Shown here piece by piece: positions 36,601 to 46,000 of a stretch of 64,000 nt of DNA. The DNA is taken from NCBI GenBank assembly GCA_965203295.1, contig CBDBCZ010000017.1, positions 1,984,001 to 2,048,000 of the forward strand, read 5' to 3'. The notes below the pieces were generated by a model that was given only the letters and a program-made list of their open reading frames with translations, did no database searches and was not told the DNA's origin. Position 1 is the stretch's first letter. The number at the start of each line of letters is the position of its first letter. Origin of the DNA: Nitrospirales bacterium (GTDB taxonomy: Bacteria > Nitrospirota > Nitrospiria > Nitrospirales > UBA8639). The position numbers and the translations under genes were made by a program.

Positions 36601-38344
36601 TCTGCTACTTCTCAGTCTTCAGCATTCAACAATGGTAGCATATCCTCAAACGTACACACACACACATCAACCAAAGATATAGCCACAACAGGTAGTAAGC
36701 TTATGCATGCACACGCTTGTCAGGTATGACAAACTGCAACAAGTAAGTGTGCTTGCGCTTGTTACTCGCTACTTCGGGGCTGATAGTGCACGATGGCTTT
36801 CTTTATCAGCTACATGTACATGTAGTCACACTCCAGGGCATTCCTGCTAACACAATCAGAAGTAATACTAGTAGAAACTGAGCATGCAACAGCTGGCGAA
36901 TATTAGAAAATTAATTTCAGAATGGGCCTACGAATTTGTTGGGGAAAATATATTATGGTTTTTTCCGGGAAAATGGGGTGTGGCAAATAATTTGAGAGGC
37001 AAATAATTACAAATTATACGGTAACATTAAAGGGGGGCTCATATGCAATGCGCAGTTGCATCTACATTACATACCGTATAGCGGGAGATTTCGCCAGGGG
37101 TAAATTTTCGCCAATTTCGCCAGTCAGTTCAAGTGGCGAAAATTTAACCGGTGAAAAAATTTTCGGGTAAAAATTTTGACTGGTGAAATATTACACATTG
37201 TCAATGGGTAGCATGCAGCTGCAAAAGTTAAGCTCACTATCGACTACCGGTATGGCTCTGCTGCGTTATTTGCAGGTTCTGCCACGTAGACAGCTCCCTG
37301 ATACAATGGGGGCACTGTCATTTTCGTTGCCATTGTCGGCATTGCGGAAGCGAACGCAGCCGTAATACCAATGCTCGGCACCAAGAAATAAATCTGGCGA
37401 AATTTTCCCGCAATACTACACATCTGGGTTTGGCGAAATTTTTCCCTGGCGAAAATTTCCCGCTATACGGTATATACATGTAGCGCATTAATTACATGAT
37501 CAAAATACATGGCAGAAGATATAACCATATCTATGAGGAGTATATAAACTTTGCTAGATAGTTTACCCGAAGTGAGAGCTGAGGGTAGATAGCCTATTGG
37601 AGTATACTGCGTTCATACTCCAAGTGGGTGTACATAGTATATCTGATTTATACCAATTAATCATTCACGTTATATTGCCAAGACCCCTCTCTAATTTACG
37701 TACTTTGTGACCTACACGCTGCACTGCCACACCTCCTGACACTCCTCTCTTCAATCCCAGTAGCACACAGCCTTGCTCTGTACCACAAATAGTATGGTTA
37801 TAGCGGCTGCTACGATCGCTCTGAACTTCCTTCGAATCCGTGTGATTCTTCTTGTGAATAAATAATGAGATGACATCACTCACTGACTAGATTCATTGAT
37901 CTATTTACATTTTGCCATGGTAACAACAGGAAGGGAGTGTCACTTTGATGTATACATTCATGTATAATATCAACACTTTGTTGTGGTTGAGCGGTACTCT
38001 GATGGTGGTTGATTTCCTCTCTGGGATTGTCACATGTATAGAATGTAGTGTACTATTTGCCAACTATATTCAAGGCAGGCTCAAGTAATCACTTGTTTCT
38101 AGTGCTCTTGCTTTTCCACATGGCTGAAGATGCTGCGAATAGTAATGACCCTGCTCATAAGATACATGTATTCTTTTCTCTCTTCCTAGGTGGTGACTCT
38201 AAAACACTAATGGTGGTTCAAGTAGCACCAGTAGAAGTTAATATTAGTGAAACCGTCTGCTCCTTGATGTTTGCACAAAGGGTACGAGCAGTGGAGTTGG
38301 GGCAGGCCTCTAAGAGAGTCCTTGATCCTACTGGAGAAAAATAA
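9544..38344 (+). CDS. KIFC3: Kinesin-14 family C-terminal motor protein, KIFC3-like; 16 coding exons, ~826 aa (whole-gene span)
   Basis: Exons 9544-9622, 11670-11774, 14773-14861, 17551-17781, 18084-18248, 24918-25031, 26224-26379, 27164-27310, 28428-28599, 29281-29387, 30511-30792, 31122-31226, 33796-34041, 34526-34655, 35993-36190, 38190-38344. All are GT-AG and phase-compatible (2481 nt). Contains the kinesin-14 neck [24 protein letters not shown]-loop GQTGSGKT, switch I NIHSSRSH, switch II DLAGSER and [10 protein letters not shown], with an N-terminal coiled coil. Confidence 0.88.
9759..10039 (+). repeat. Unclassified interspersed hairpin element (copy 1)
   Basis: Closely matches the reverse complement of 55562-55865; related to 61775-61937. 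Confidence 0.8.
10190..11068 (-). mobile_element. IS630/Tc1-superfamily transposase remnant (frameshifted)
   Basis: [25 protein letters not shown] / [22 protein letters not shown] (HTH), [38 protein letters not shown]; broken by frameshifts. Confidence 0.8.
11670..11774 (+). CDS. KIFC3: KIFC3-like exon 2
   Basis: ttttctcag| acceptor, open frame [34 protein letters not shown], |gtaatg donor, phase 1-1. Confidence 0.65.
13679..14275 (+). mobile_element. Related non-autonomous TA-TSD element (TIR CCGTATAGC.GGAAAA.TTGGCG)
   Basis: TA-flanked TIRs; internal remnant [36 protein letters not shown] (HTH-like). Confidence 0.8.
14773..14861 (+). CDS. KIFC3: KIFC3-like exon 3
   Basis: ttttattgcag| ... 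[30 protein letters not shown] |gtatgt; phase 1-0. Confidence 0.75.
16055..17484. mobile_element. Older copy of the TTAA-TSD family carrying nested insertions
   Basis: Left TIR split by the 16078-16354 insertion; right TIR acttccggttgggcctaacc at 17465-17484; internal homology to 29740-30060. Confidence 0.7.
16078..16354. mobile_element. Palindromic MITE with TAG...CTA termini and a perfect 9-bp TSD (TACCAGAAG)
   Basis: TSD at 16069-16077 and 16355-16363; long inverted arms. Confidence 0.85.
17551..17781 (+). CDS. KIFC3: KIFC3-like exon 4 (coiled coil)
   Basis: tctttttcag| [17 protein letters not shown]...[22 protein letters not shown]...QRCSK |gtacat; 231 nt, phase 0-0. Confidence 0.8.
18084..18248 (+). 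CDS. KIFC3: KIFC3-like exon 5 (coiled coil)
   Basis: gctcag| [36 protein letters not shown]...DIPPQ |gtgagt; 165 nt. Confidence 0.8.
18712..18866. mobile_element. Small MITE, TIR CAGTGTTCTAGC
   Basis: CAGTGTTCTAGCCAGAG ... CTCTTTAGCTAGAACACTG. Confidence 0.6.
20690..23829 (-). mobile_element. Decayed Ginger1-type (Gypsy-integrase-related) transposase gene with 7 introns and a C-terminal Ulp1/C48 protease domain
   Basis: Spliced segments 23587-23829, 23261-23437, 22943-23099, 22583-22873, 22199-22411, 21867-22048 and 21758 down to ~20690, plus the 69-nt intron 22874-22942. Motifs: [12 protein letters not shown]...GLLFY, H-H-CC ([18 protein letters not shown]), rve core ([27 protein letters not shown]), GPY (LLGPYRI), Pro-rich linker, WLNDDVIN...GHW...FDS...QSGGYDCG. 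Several frameshifts and stops; no RT/RNase H/gag. Confidence 0.85.
21310..21475. repeat. ~27-bp degenerate tandem repeat encoding the Pro/Gln-rich linker of the Ginger-type protein
   Basis: Repeated ggtggctgtgggcagggtgggttctcagct-like units. Confidence 0.75.
24918..25031 (+). CDS. KIFC3: KIFC3-like exon 6
   Basis: tttatag| [38 protein letters not shown] |gtgagt; 114 nt. Confidence 0.78.
26224..26379 (+). CDS. KIFC3: KIFC3-like exon 7 (duplicate copy A)
   Basis: aactag| [52 protein letters not shown] |gtaggc; 156 nt, phase 0-0. Confidence 0.8.
26532..26816. repeat. Long inverted repeat (foldback) in the intron between the duplicated kinesin exons
   Basis: tgaggcctgagggtagagtgcttatcaatcaacaatgtcccgact ... 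agtcgggacattgttgattgataagcactctaccctcaggcctca. Confidence 0.85.
27164..27310 (+). CDS. KIFC3: KIFC3-like exon 8 (duplicate copy B)
   Basis: caatag| [49 protein letters not shown] |gtaagc; 147 nt, phase 0-0; paralogous to exon 7. Confidence 0.8.
28229..28293. repeat. Perfect palindrome, 32-bp arms, 1-nt loop
   Basis: agtcactttttgttcatgcaatgtattcacta-t-tagtgaatacattgcatgaacaaaaagtgact. Confidence 0.95.
28428..28599 (+). CDS. KIFC3: KIFC3-like exon 9
   Basis: cacacag| [23 protein letters not shown]...[11 protein letters not shown]|gtatca; an alternative in-frame acceptor would start the exon at 28404. Confidence 0.78.
28826..29160. mobile_element. MITE with TAGTC...GACTA termini and a perfect 9-bp TSD (ATCTCTGAT)
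   Basis: TSD at 28817-28825 and 29161-29169. Confidence 0.85.
29281..29387 (+). CDS. KIFC3: KIFC3-like exon 10
   Basis: ctaacag| [36 protein letters not shown] |gtatgt; phase 1-0. Confidence 0.78.
29678..30219. mobile_element. Non-autonomous TTAA-TSD element, TIR GGTTAGGCCCAACCGGAAGT (Kolobok-like)
   Basis: TTAA|GGTTAGGCCCAACCGGAAGT...ACTTCCGGTTGGGCCTAACC|TTAA. Confidence 0.8.
30511..30792 (+). CDS. KIFC3: KIFC3-like exon 11 (neck and motor start)
   Basis: [31 protein letters not shown]...[15 protein letters not shown]; acceptor ctctag, donor gtacta. Confidence 0.93.
30996..31054. repeat. Perfect palindrome, 29-bp arms, 1-nt loop
   Basis: attcaaataatgtatttaactcccatata-a-tatatgggagttaaatacattatttgaat. 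Confidence 0.95.
31122..31226 (+). CDS. KIFC3: KIFC3-like exon 12 (P-loop)
   Basis: [35 protein letters not shown] |gtaagt. Confidence 0.95.
32187..32785 (-). mobile_element. Non-autonomous TA-TSD DNA transposon (pogo/Tc1-mariner-like), TIR CCGTATAGCGGGAAATTTTCGCCAGGGG
   Basis: TA|CCGTATAGCGGG...CCCGCTATACGG|TA; retains 5' transposase coding ([36 protein letters not shown]). Confidence 0.85.
33208..33562. mobile_element. Foldback MITE, TIR aaagcactttaccaaaa; a related left end is at 19371
   Basis: Long imperfect inverted arms (gatgcacttcc / ggaagtgcatc, ccgcaatgggttcac / gtgaacccattgcgg). Confidence 0.75.
33796..34041 (+). CDS. KIFC3: KIFC3-like exon 13
   Basis: [17 protein letters not shown]...[15 protein letters not shown]...LHDVNE |gtaagc. 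Confidence 0.94.
34526..34655 (+). CDS. KIFC3: KIFC3-like exon 14 (switch I)
   Basis: [44 protein letters not shown]|gtatct. Confidence 0.94.
35993..36190 (+). CDS. KIFC3: KIFC3-like exon 15 (switch II)
   Basis: [66 protein letters not shown] |gtaagt. Confidence 0.95.
37074..37470 (+). mobile_element. Second, further-deleted copy of the 32187 element in the opposite orientation
   Basis: Same TIRs and TA TSD; near-identical internal sequence ([20 protein letters not shown]). Confidence 0.85.
38190..38344 (+). CDS. KIFC3: KIFC3-like exon 16 (terminal)
   Basis: [54 protein letters not shown]. Confidence 0.94.
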
Positions 38345-40049
38345 AGGTACATAATATATATGTAACTTCTATATTGCATGTACATGTAGAAGAATAATAC
38401 TGAATCTAAGTAGCAATTATTATTTCCTCTAACAATGGAAGACGAGACTGGGTGTATGTCAAACTGCGGTATTCAGAGAACATATACTCAGTGCCATCTG
38501 TTTGAATACTGATTGGGACACTGGCTCACACTTTCCAGCATCTCTAGGTTTCATGAAGCATGTGGGTGTAGCACACTTTACCACATTAAAGTGATCGCAA
38601 AGTTGTGGAGTTGAATGTTACAAATAATGGCTAGAAATTTAAACCAGTAAAATCAAAGGTCATGACTACCTATTTTCACAAACTAATGACTGCTTTCTAG
38701 CTTTTAGTTCGAATCATTCTGAAATGCAGCAGGTTTCCCGATTCAAAGGACTCTGTAATCATCAGCAGACAGCTGTTTTGCCACTGTTGTTGTTTATGTA
38801 AATCGATCTAGATATGTCAATTGGGCACAGACGAACAGAAAGAACCAATTGCTTTTTATAGGTTGCCAACTCTAGTTAGAATGACTGTAAGTGTGGTATA
38901 ATATAGCTACTACCAGAGCGATGTGGCCCGCAGGCAGTCTGATTAATATAGCTTAGTTTGAGTATAGATGATAAATAGCCGAAAACAGGATTGAAAACAG
39001 TGTCTATCCAAGTTACATTTGTGTGCTTCTTTTGTGTACTTACCTTTGCTGCCTGCCATGCCAAGTATAAACTCTGCACTTTATAGCCCAACTGTCCAAG
39101 TCATTTGTAACCCGCTGTCATGAGAGCTGTATTGTTTATGTTCTAAATCTGCTTGAGTATTTATTATACATGTGGTCTAAAAGTTTAGAATTTAGCCTGT
39201 AATAGCGTTTGTGTACCTCTAGCACAACTTGTCGGTCATTTTTTTGTAATTTATGCATGGCTCAAAATGATGGTCAGGGTCTCATACTTTGTATTGTGAC
39301 CAAGAAAACTGATAACCTTTGCAGTATCAGATTGTGTGTTAGTTGTGAGCACAGTGATTGTACAGCAGTGTGTCATAACAATTAAGGAAAGACAGGTTAA
39401 GTTGTGATGTCACTATGAACAGACATTAGCATCACATGATGTGTTTCCAACCTCATTTTGTTGTTGTTGTATCTATGTGTTGTTTGAGAGTGAGCATAGA
39501 ATTGAGATAGTTTTAGAGTGTTATAGGCTCCAGGAAATGTCACTGCGACTGATATTTGATTGGATTTTGTTTTAAAACATTTCTTCTTTCTCTAGGGTTT
39601 ACCAAGCTTCCTTGCTGCACTTCTAACTTCTACTGCACCTCACTATATACAGTGAGCTAGTTATATGCTATTGTGTACTAGATACTCCGCCATATATGTA
39701 TATAGAGAGCCACTATTTCATTTTTGTAAAACACACATTAATGTATAGACAAATGATGATATTACAGCGCCTTTCTCTCTAACTCTTTCATTAAACAAAT
39801 GCACGTCAAATGCACGTCAAATGCACGTCAGTGAAGTAGTAACTCGCACATGTGTGCACATGTGTGTATGCATGGAGCGTATTCTGGCCTTGTAGTTTCA
39901 TATCCAGACCTTGGCTCCTCCCCCTGGCTGAAGTGTGGGACAAAACTACTGGCTGGGTGTCTTGTGAAAAAATCTGGAACTGATAATCATTCGTCCTCCC
40001 CCTCCTGAGCAGCTGCAGCACATTCAGATTACCATTCCAGCCAAGTCTT

Positions 40050-41990
40050 TTATTGTTTCTGAACAGCAATAAGCCATTTTCAGATCAGCCAATGATCTAG
40101 GAGTGGTGCTAAGTGGTTTGTACACCATGACAATAAAGCTACTTCTGGAGGACTAGCAATATGTGGAGACCTAACATTTACCTGCACATGTCACTTTCCT
40201 GCGCTTGAAAGCAACTACGCCGTGGTTTTGTGTTACCTTTGTATTAAACTACCTAATGGTTAAACTAAAGGTTGATATTAACTATGCCATACATACAATG
40301 TCATGTATAAGCAAATTTTCAAGGTAAGACCAACTCTGCTAGAACTTGATGGGCGGACCAAAATTTTCAGGGTAGGACCAATTTTGCCGGAAAAAAATGG
40401 TCCGGGGGGGGATCAATTTTTCCAGCGGAAATTTTGGTCCTAGGACCATTTTTTCCAGGACCAAAATTCCAGTGACAGGCCAAACGATTGCCAGGTCAGC
40501 CAACGACTCAAGAGTATACCTAGTTAATGAGAAAATGTAATACAACTATTTTGGCGGGATAGTAATAGGTTGGGACAAAACATATGCTGTGCACAGAGTG
40601 CTTTTCAGAGTGAAAACAAATTCGCTAAGGTTTTTTTTATTTCTGAATAGCAACAAACATTTTCAGATCGGCCAAAGTTGTAAGGGAGTAGTCTCGTGCC
40701 CAGACCGCACCCCCCGCCCCCCGAAATTCCCGGCGGGAGGGGTGTGGTCTGGGCACGAGACTAGTAAGGGAGCTGCTAGCAAGTTAGCACGTCATAAATA
40801 TACTTCTGGAGGACTAGCAATAACCCAAAATTTCCAGATCAGCCAATGATGTAAAAGAGTTACAACAGGTTAGTATGTTATAAAGCAACTTTTGGAGGAC
40901 AAGCAATCGTTGGAGATAGAACATTCCCTGCACATAGCACTTTCCTGCGTGAGAAAGCAAATATGGCAAAAATTTCTTGTTTTCTGAACCGCCAACAAAC
41001 GATTGCCAAATCAGCCCACCACTTTAGAGTGTAGTTAGTAAGTTATATGTAATACAACAATTTTTGGTAGACCAGCAACAGAAGGTGAACCATATAAATA
41101 TATCGTGCACACAGCGCTTGTTAACTACTAAAACTCCAGACTCACAAATAGAGACTAATATAGTCCAGAAGCACGAACTAAAACTTCAGACTAACTAACA
41201 GACAGACACTAATGGAACTGATGTTATGAAAACACTAGTAAAAGTACATGAAGTCTTCATGTCATATTCCCTTGCTATTGCCTACCAGTTCAGTCAGTCT
41301 CTCACATACCAGCAATGAGTATACTCTTTCAGAAGATTAATTTGCGGCTAGAAACCAAGAACAACAATTTTCCAGTCGCTTGAAGAATTCTTGATGGGGG
41401 TCCATTCCTCCAGGGGGGAGTCCATTCAGCCAAGAATAGCTAGATGCAGTGTCCTTTGGTCAATTTATATTTACCTAGAATAATTGCACAGGGAGTCCAA
41501 CTGTACTTGGACAAATCTATGGACAAATGGATACATAATCCATTTCTGGTGGGGTCCAACCATCCTGCAACACCAGCCTTCTCTATAAACCAGATGCCTA
41601 CTAGATGAGGCTATATTTTCCGCATGCGCATAGTGTTTTCCAGCGGGAGAAGAAAATCCACTTGGTTCTGAACAGCGAAAAGTGATTGCCAGGTCAACCA
41701 ACGACCCAATGTGTTGCTAGTAGATTTGTTGTACCAACTACTGTTTGTGGACTAGCTATAAGTGGAGATATGCAGAACATTCCCATTATTTCCTGCACAT
41801 AGCTCTTTCCAGCACAAGAAAGCGAATTTGCCAATTTTTTTACGCACAGGAATAAACGATGCCAGCGACCTAGAGTGCTAATAGTAGGTTAGTAGTAGTT
41901 TTGGTGGACTAGCAGTAGATGATGGAAGATTAACATTATATCTTGCACACCTTTCCGGTGTGTGGAAGCAAATTGGCTGAGGTTTTGATT
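40050..41990. repeat. Degenerate ~150-170-bp tandem array (about 6-7 units) interrupted by MITEs
   Basis: Recurring tttctgaacagc..gatcagccaa..tggaggactagcaa..aacatt..cctgcaca..tttcc..gaaagcaa blocks. Confidence 0.65.
40689..40763. mobile_element. Short TAGTCTCGTGCCCAGAC hairpin MITE
   Basis: Perfect TIRs; flanks gtaagggag / gtaaggggag (near-perfect 9-bp TSD). Confidence 0.8.
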
Positions 41991-42872
41991 AGCAAGAATT
42001 GCCAAATACACTAGATCAGCTGCTTTCTTTTCACTCAATTCTTCCCATGTCTATAGGATGCATACCCTTTCAATTTGTTTCATGTCAACTATTTTACAGC
42101 TCTCTAGCTACTGTATTTTAAGGCAAAAAATGAAGGCTTGCTAACAGTTAGCTAGCTCTACTGCCATTCAACCAGTGTGGATAGTGAAGGGGACCATTTT
42201 GGGGTGTTTGTATGAGTACTGGCCTTTGAGAAGCTGACGTGTTTCTGCAAGAATGGCTTTTGGCCTGTCGTGTAGACTTCAGTAATGGGGACAGACTAAA
42301 TAATGCCATGATTTTGGCATTCTACAGACAAAATATACAGTATACATTATATTCCTGACCACCATGCACGAAATACATAATGGCTACAATATTAAGTTAT
42401 TGTAATAAGTATTCTGTCTCCACTTATGTTAGTCCACCAAAAGAAATTGTTACAACTCATGTGAGACTACTGGGCTCTTGCGGTATATTTCCACTCGTGC
42501 ACTACACCTATCATGGGTGGGATGGAGCACTGGCAGACAGTGATGCTGAAATTGAAACAAGTCCAGACAAAGATTAGTGCCCAAGTATTTTCCAACTACT
42601 ACTAAATGCGTGTTGTTTGTGTGGTTACTGCATGCTTGGCTTGAAAATTCATTACAATTTAACCACTTACCACGCGTTTTTTTGCCACATGTGGGTATGT
42701 AGCCCACTCTGGTTCCTCAGCCCTTCAAATATGGGAGATTACCACTCTTGTACATACTGAGCTCATTGAGCCTGTAAAGTGAGTTTGACAAAAGTGCATC
42801 TGCGAGGTCAACTTCACCTACTTTGAAAACTAGTTATAAAACATCAAGAAGCAAGCTATAAGTACAAATGTA

Positions 42873-43004
42873 CTACTGTGGAGACTGCACTAAAATCAGT
42901 GGTGGTGATCCAAGTTTCCAAACGGAATATGGAAATCCAGAATGCTTCTTTTGATCTCTGAAATCAGTCCACTCTTTCACTGTAGTTGCAGCTCCAGCAT
43001 TTCC
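42873..43004 (-). CDS. Asparaginase-2 family exon 8 (terminal)
   Basis: [46 protein letters not shown]. Confidence 0.85.
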   Translation of the reverse strand, partial: GNAGAATTVKEWTDFRDQKKHSGFPYSVWKLGSPPLILVQSPQ

Positions 43005-46000
43005 CTAGCAATGAAGCGACACATAGCTAATACTAAAAACTTCACTGGCTTAAACAAAGGATACAGTTAATCAATTGCAGATTCTAATTTGCATGGCTCA
43101 ACAGTGGCTGACCCAGGACTGCTTCAATGGGGGGGGGGGGGGGGGGGGGCTACTGTTGTGGGAGTCGGGTTTAGGAATTTTGGGGGGAATTTATATTGAA
43201 TATTGAAACATCACAACCCAAACAGTAGTCAGCTATCAAACTAGTATCTAAGCACTTGCATAACTTTTGCCACTGAATTTCTCACTTCAAAGTTCAAAGT
43301 TTAATACTATTATGATTAGTGATTTGACTATACCTCCTTACAATGTCATGGTAATTTCCACTAATGTAAAAGGACTGTAATTAGGTGGAGGCAATCTACA
43401 AGTGTGACAATAATTACACATGTACACCAATAACAAAAATACTTCAGGAAGGGGGGGGGGGGGGTGGCTAGCCAGGTATATGAAGGAGGTATCATCTGCA
43501 AAGCTAGACAGACAAAAACAAGATCATTTTGGTGATAAATTCGTGAGGAAACATTATAAGAGTATTTTCTTACTGGCAAAAATAACTTGGACGGGTAATC
43601 AAAACTCCTGTGTTCTATAATACTTGTACTTTTCTAGCTATTTTGCATATCAGCTCCGTTCCCTCTTACTAATATACTCATGCTGCTGCCTAACTGTGTT
43701 CCAGTTATTTTTTTTGTAACACTAAAACTCCAGACTAACTAACAGACAGAGACTAATGCAGTCCAAAAAGACGGCTTAAATACTCCAGATTGCCTAACTG
43801 TGTTCCTGTTATTTTTTTCCTGTTATTATTATTTTTTTTGGGGGAGGGGGGGTGGGGGGGGGGGGGGGGGGGGGGGAAGAAACAATACGTACATTAGTGT
43901 GGTTGTGTGGGGTACATGAGTAATATGCATGTGTGGTAATGATCAAGTCATTTTTTACACGTTATATGTGGTGGCCATCTTCCCCCCGTGCCATCCCTAA
44001 TATGGATTTCATACTCTATGCATATGCATGCATGCTTGAAACACACCTAATGAAGGCCCAGCTTGAGCAACAGAAGCTTTAAAAAGGAAGCAGTAGGATC
44101 TTGGGTGCGGTACTCACAAACTTAACCACTATACCAATTTGTTTGCTTTCTCAGCGTTGTTCGGGATGTATAGCTGGCTAAAGCTTTGCAGTTTTAACCA
44201 CTTCATTACAGGAGTGGCTGTTTTGTCTATAGGATTTTGTCTACTTATAATATTAAACAGTCACTGACCACAGAGCCATTTTTTTTCGAGTTACCACTAC
44301 TGTACGCACAATTAATGTACGTAGCTACTATTGTTGCCATGTTAATGTTACTAAGGCTAGGGAGTAGACAACAAACAGCTCAGGCTGAAGCCATTAATGT
44401 ACCATAATCCCTGACCCACAAAAGTGCATGTTTCAAATCAAAAATGTCATGTTTTCCAACAGATTTCTAAACTGTGGCCTGCTCACAAATAGTGTGATAA
44501 AAGTATAATGCTTGATATCCAAACATTCGACATGAATGTAGAGGAATAATAGCAAGTGTACTTGATACTTCTGCTGTAGTATCACTTGGCATTGTAATAA
44601 GATTCATTTACATAACTGCATACATTCTTACAGGCAATAGCAATCATTTACCTTGATATCCAAAGCAATCACTGCAACTTCAAACCAACACTCATGACGT
44701 TCTTTCATTTCTGTAATGACAGCCTCACAGGCTTCTTGCGGAGATCTGCCATCTTTCATCAGCTGCACAATCTTGAAGCTCGGACAGAACTTCATTATTT
44801 TTTCCCCATCTCCTGTTGCTAATGAAGTAGAATATAAATTTAGAATTAAAAACTCTAATTATTCCTTGCCAAGTCCTTGACTCAAAGGTGAGTGGAATTT
44901 TAGTCTTATTAATACAGTAAAAGTCTGAGAAGGATATTACAACCTGCATTCATTATACAAACTGTGATTCCACTTTTTGGCTTACATTCATCGTTAAAAT
45001 CTTGGCCTAACAGGCTAAGATGATGTTTCAAAATATTTTATTAGCTTCTCATAATTATATGATTAGAAAACTCACCAACAACAATGAACCTTATTTCAGA
45101 ATTGTGAAAATAGTCATAAAAAGTGGGAGGCAAAATATCATACATACCTGCTGCAGCTCCGGTCTATTCGATGCAAGACACACGTACATGTATTGTGGGA
45201 AGAATAAAATATGAATAAAGCACAGTAGAACCTCTATTATGTATATGGGCATTCTATGTACAAGGACAGCTATCTCCCCAAAGCTGGTCGCCTTTGTTAC
45301 CTTTGAATTCGTGAGATACATGACACTACAGGAGTCTATTAAGTGAAAAGTCTGTTTCCACTTACAGTATAGCAATTCCATTTCTGTCAAAAGAATCATG
45401 ACTTTACCAAGATACGTGTAAGTTTTGCCGCATCGCAGTGAACGTACTGATGTTGCAAGGTGTACTCTCATGGGGCCAGATCATTCGCAATGGCCCACAA
45501 GGCTATGCATAACAAGTCTCACCGGCCTGTGAGACTAATGCAGGGTCACTGACTTTGTATCATGCAAGTAACCTTGCTACTGGTGTTCGACAAAGGCGAA
45601 ACAGGAAGCAATCTCGGATGATCTTCATTCTCTATGAACCAAGCAGGTTTCTCCAGTGACTCGGGTTTTAATGCATAAAGCTTGGGGTCAAGGATGCAAA
45701 AAGGCAATGGAGCTGCTACTTGAATATGGAATGAGCTAGCTGGCACATGCGTACATGCCTGCAGTTAGGGAGTGATGCATCTTGAGCAACTTCTGCTAAG
45801 TCAATTTTACTACTGTAACATGTATGCATTGTTTTATGCTGAGTCTTGCTTCCTTGCGTTAGTCTGGTGAGTCACTTATTCTGCTGTGGTGTGCTTCTGA
45901 CTGTGTAATCTGTGCATCAAGTCAGTATCAGGATCAGATAATATGTTGGTACTGCTGGGCTGGCTGTTTTCTCCTCTCCAGTTCTCCTCTATTTGTAGAG

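Noticed and set aside
39798..39830. (aaatgcacgtc)x3 tandem
   Set aside because: Simple local slippage duplication with no evidence of function.
40050..41990. CRISPR-like array
   Set aside because: Units are long and degenerate without unique spacers; eukaryotic context, no cas genes.
42380..42577. Possible + strand terminal exon
   Set aside because: No recognisable homology and no convincing phase-compatible upstream exons.
43129..43875. Poly-G runs as regulatory G-quadruplexes
   Set aside because: They lie within repeat-like intronic sequence, homopolymer lengths are unreliable, and there is no other support.
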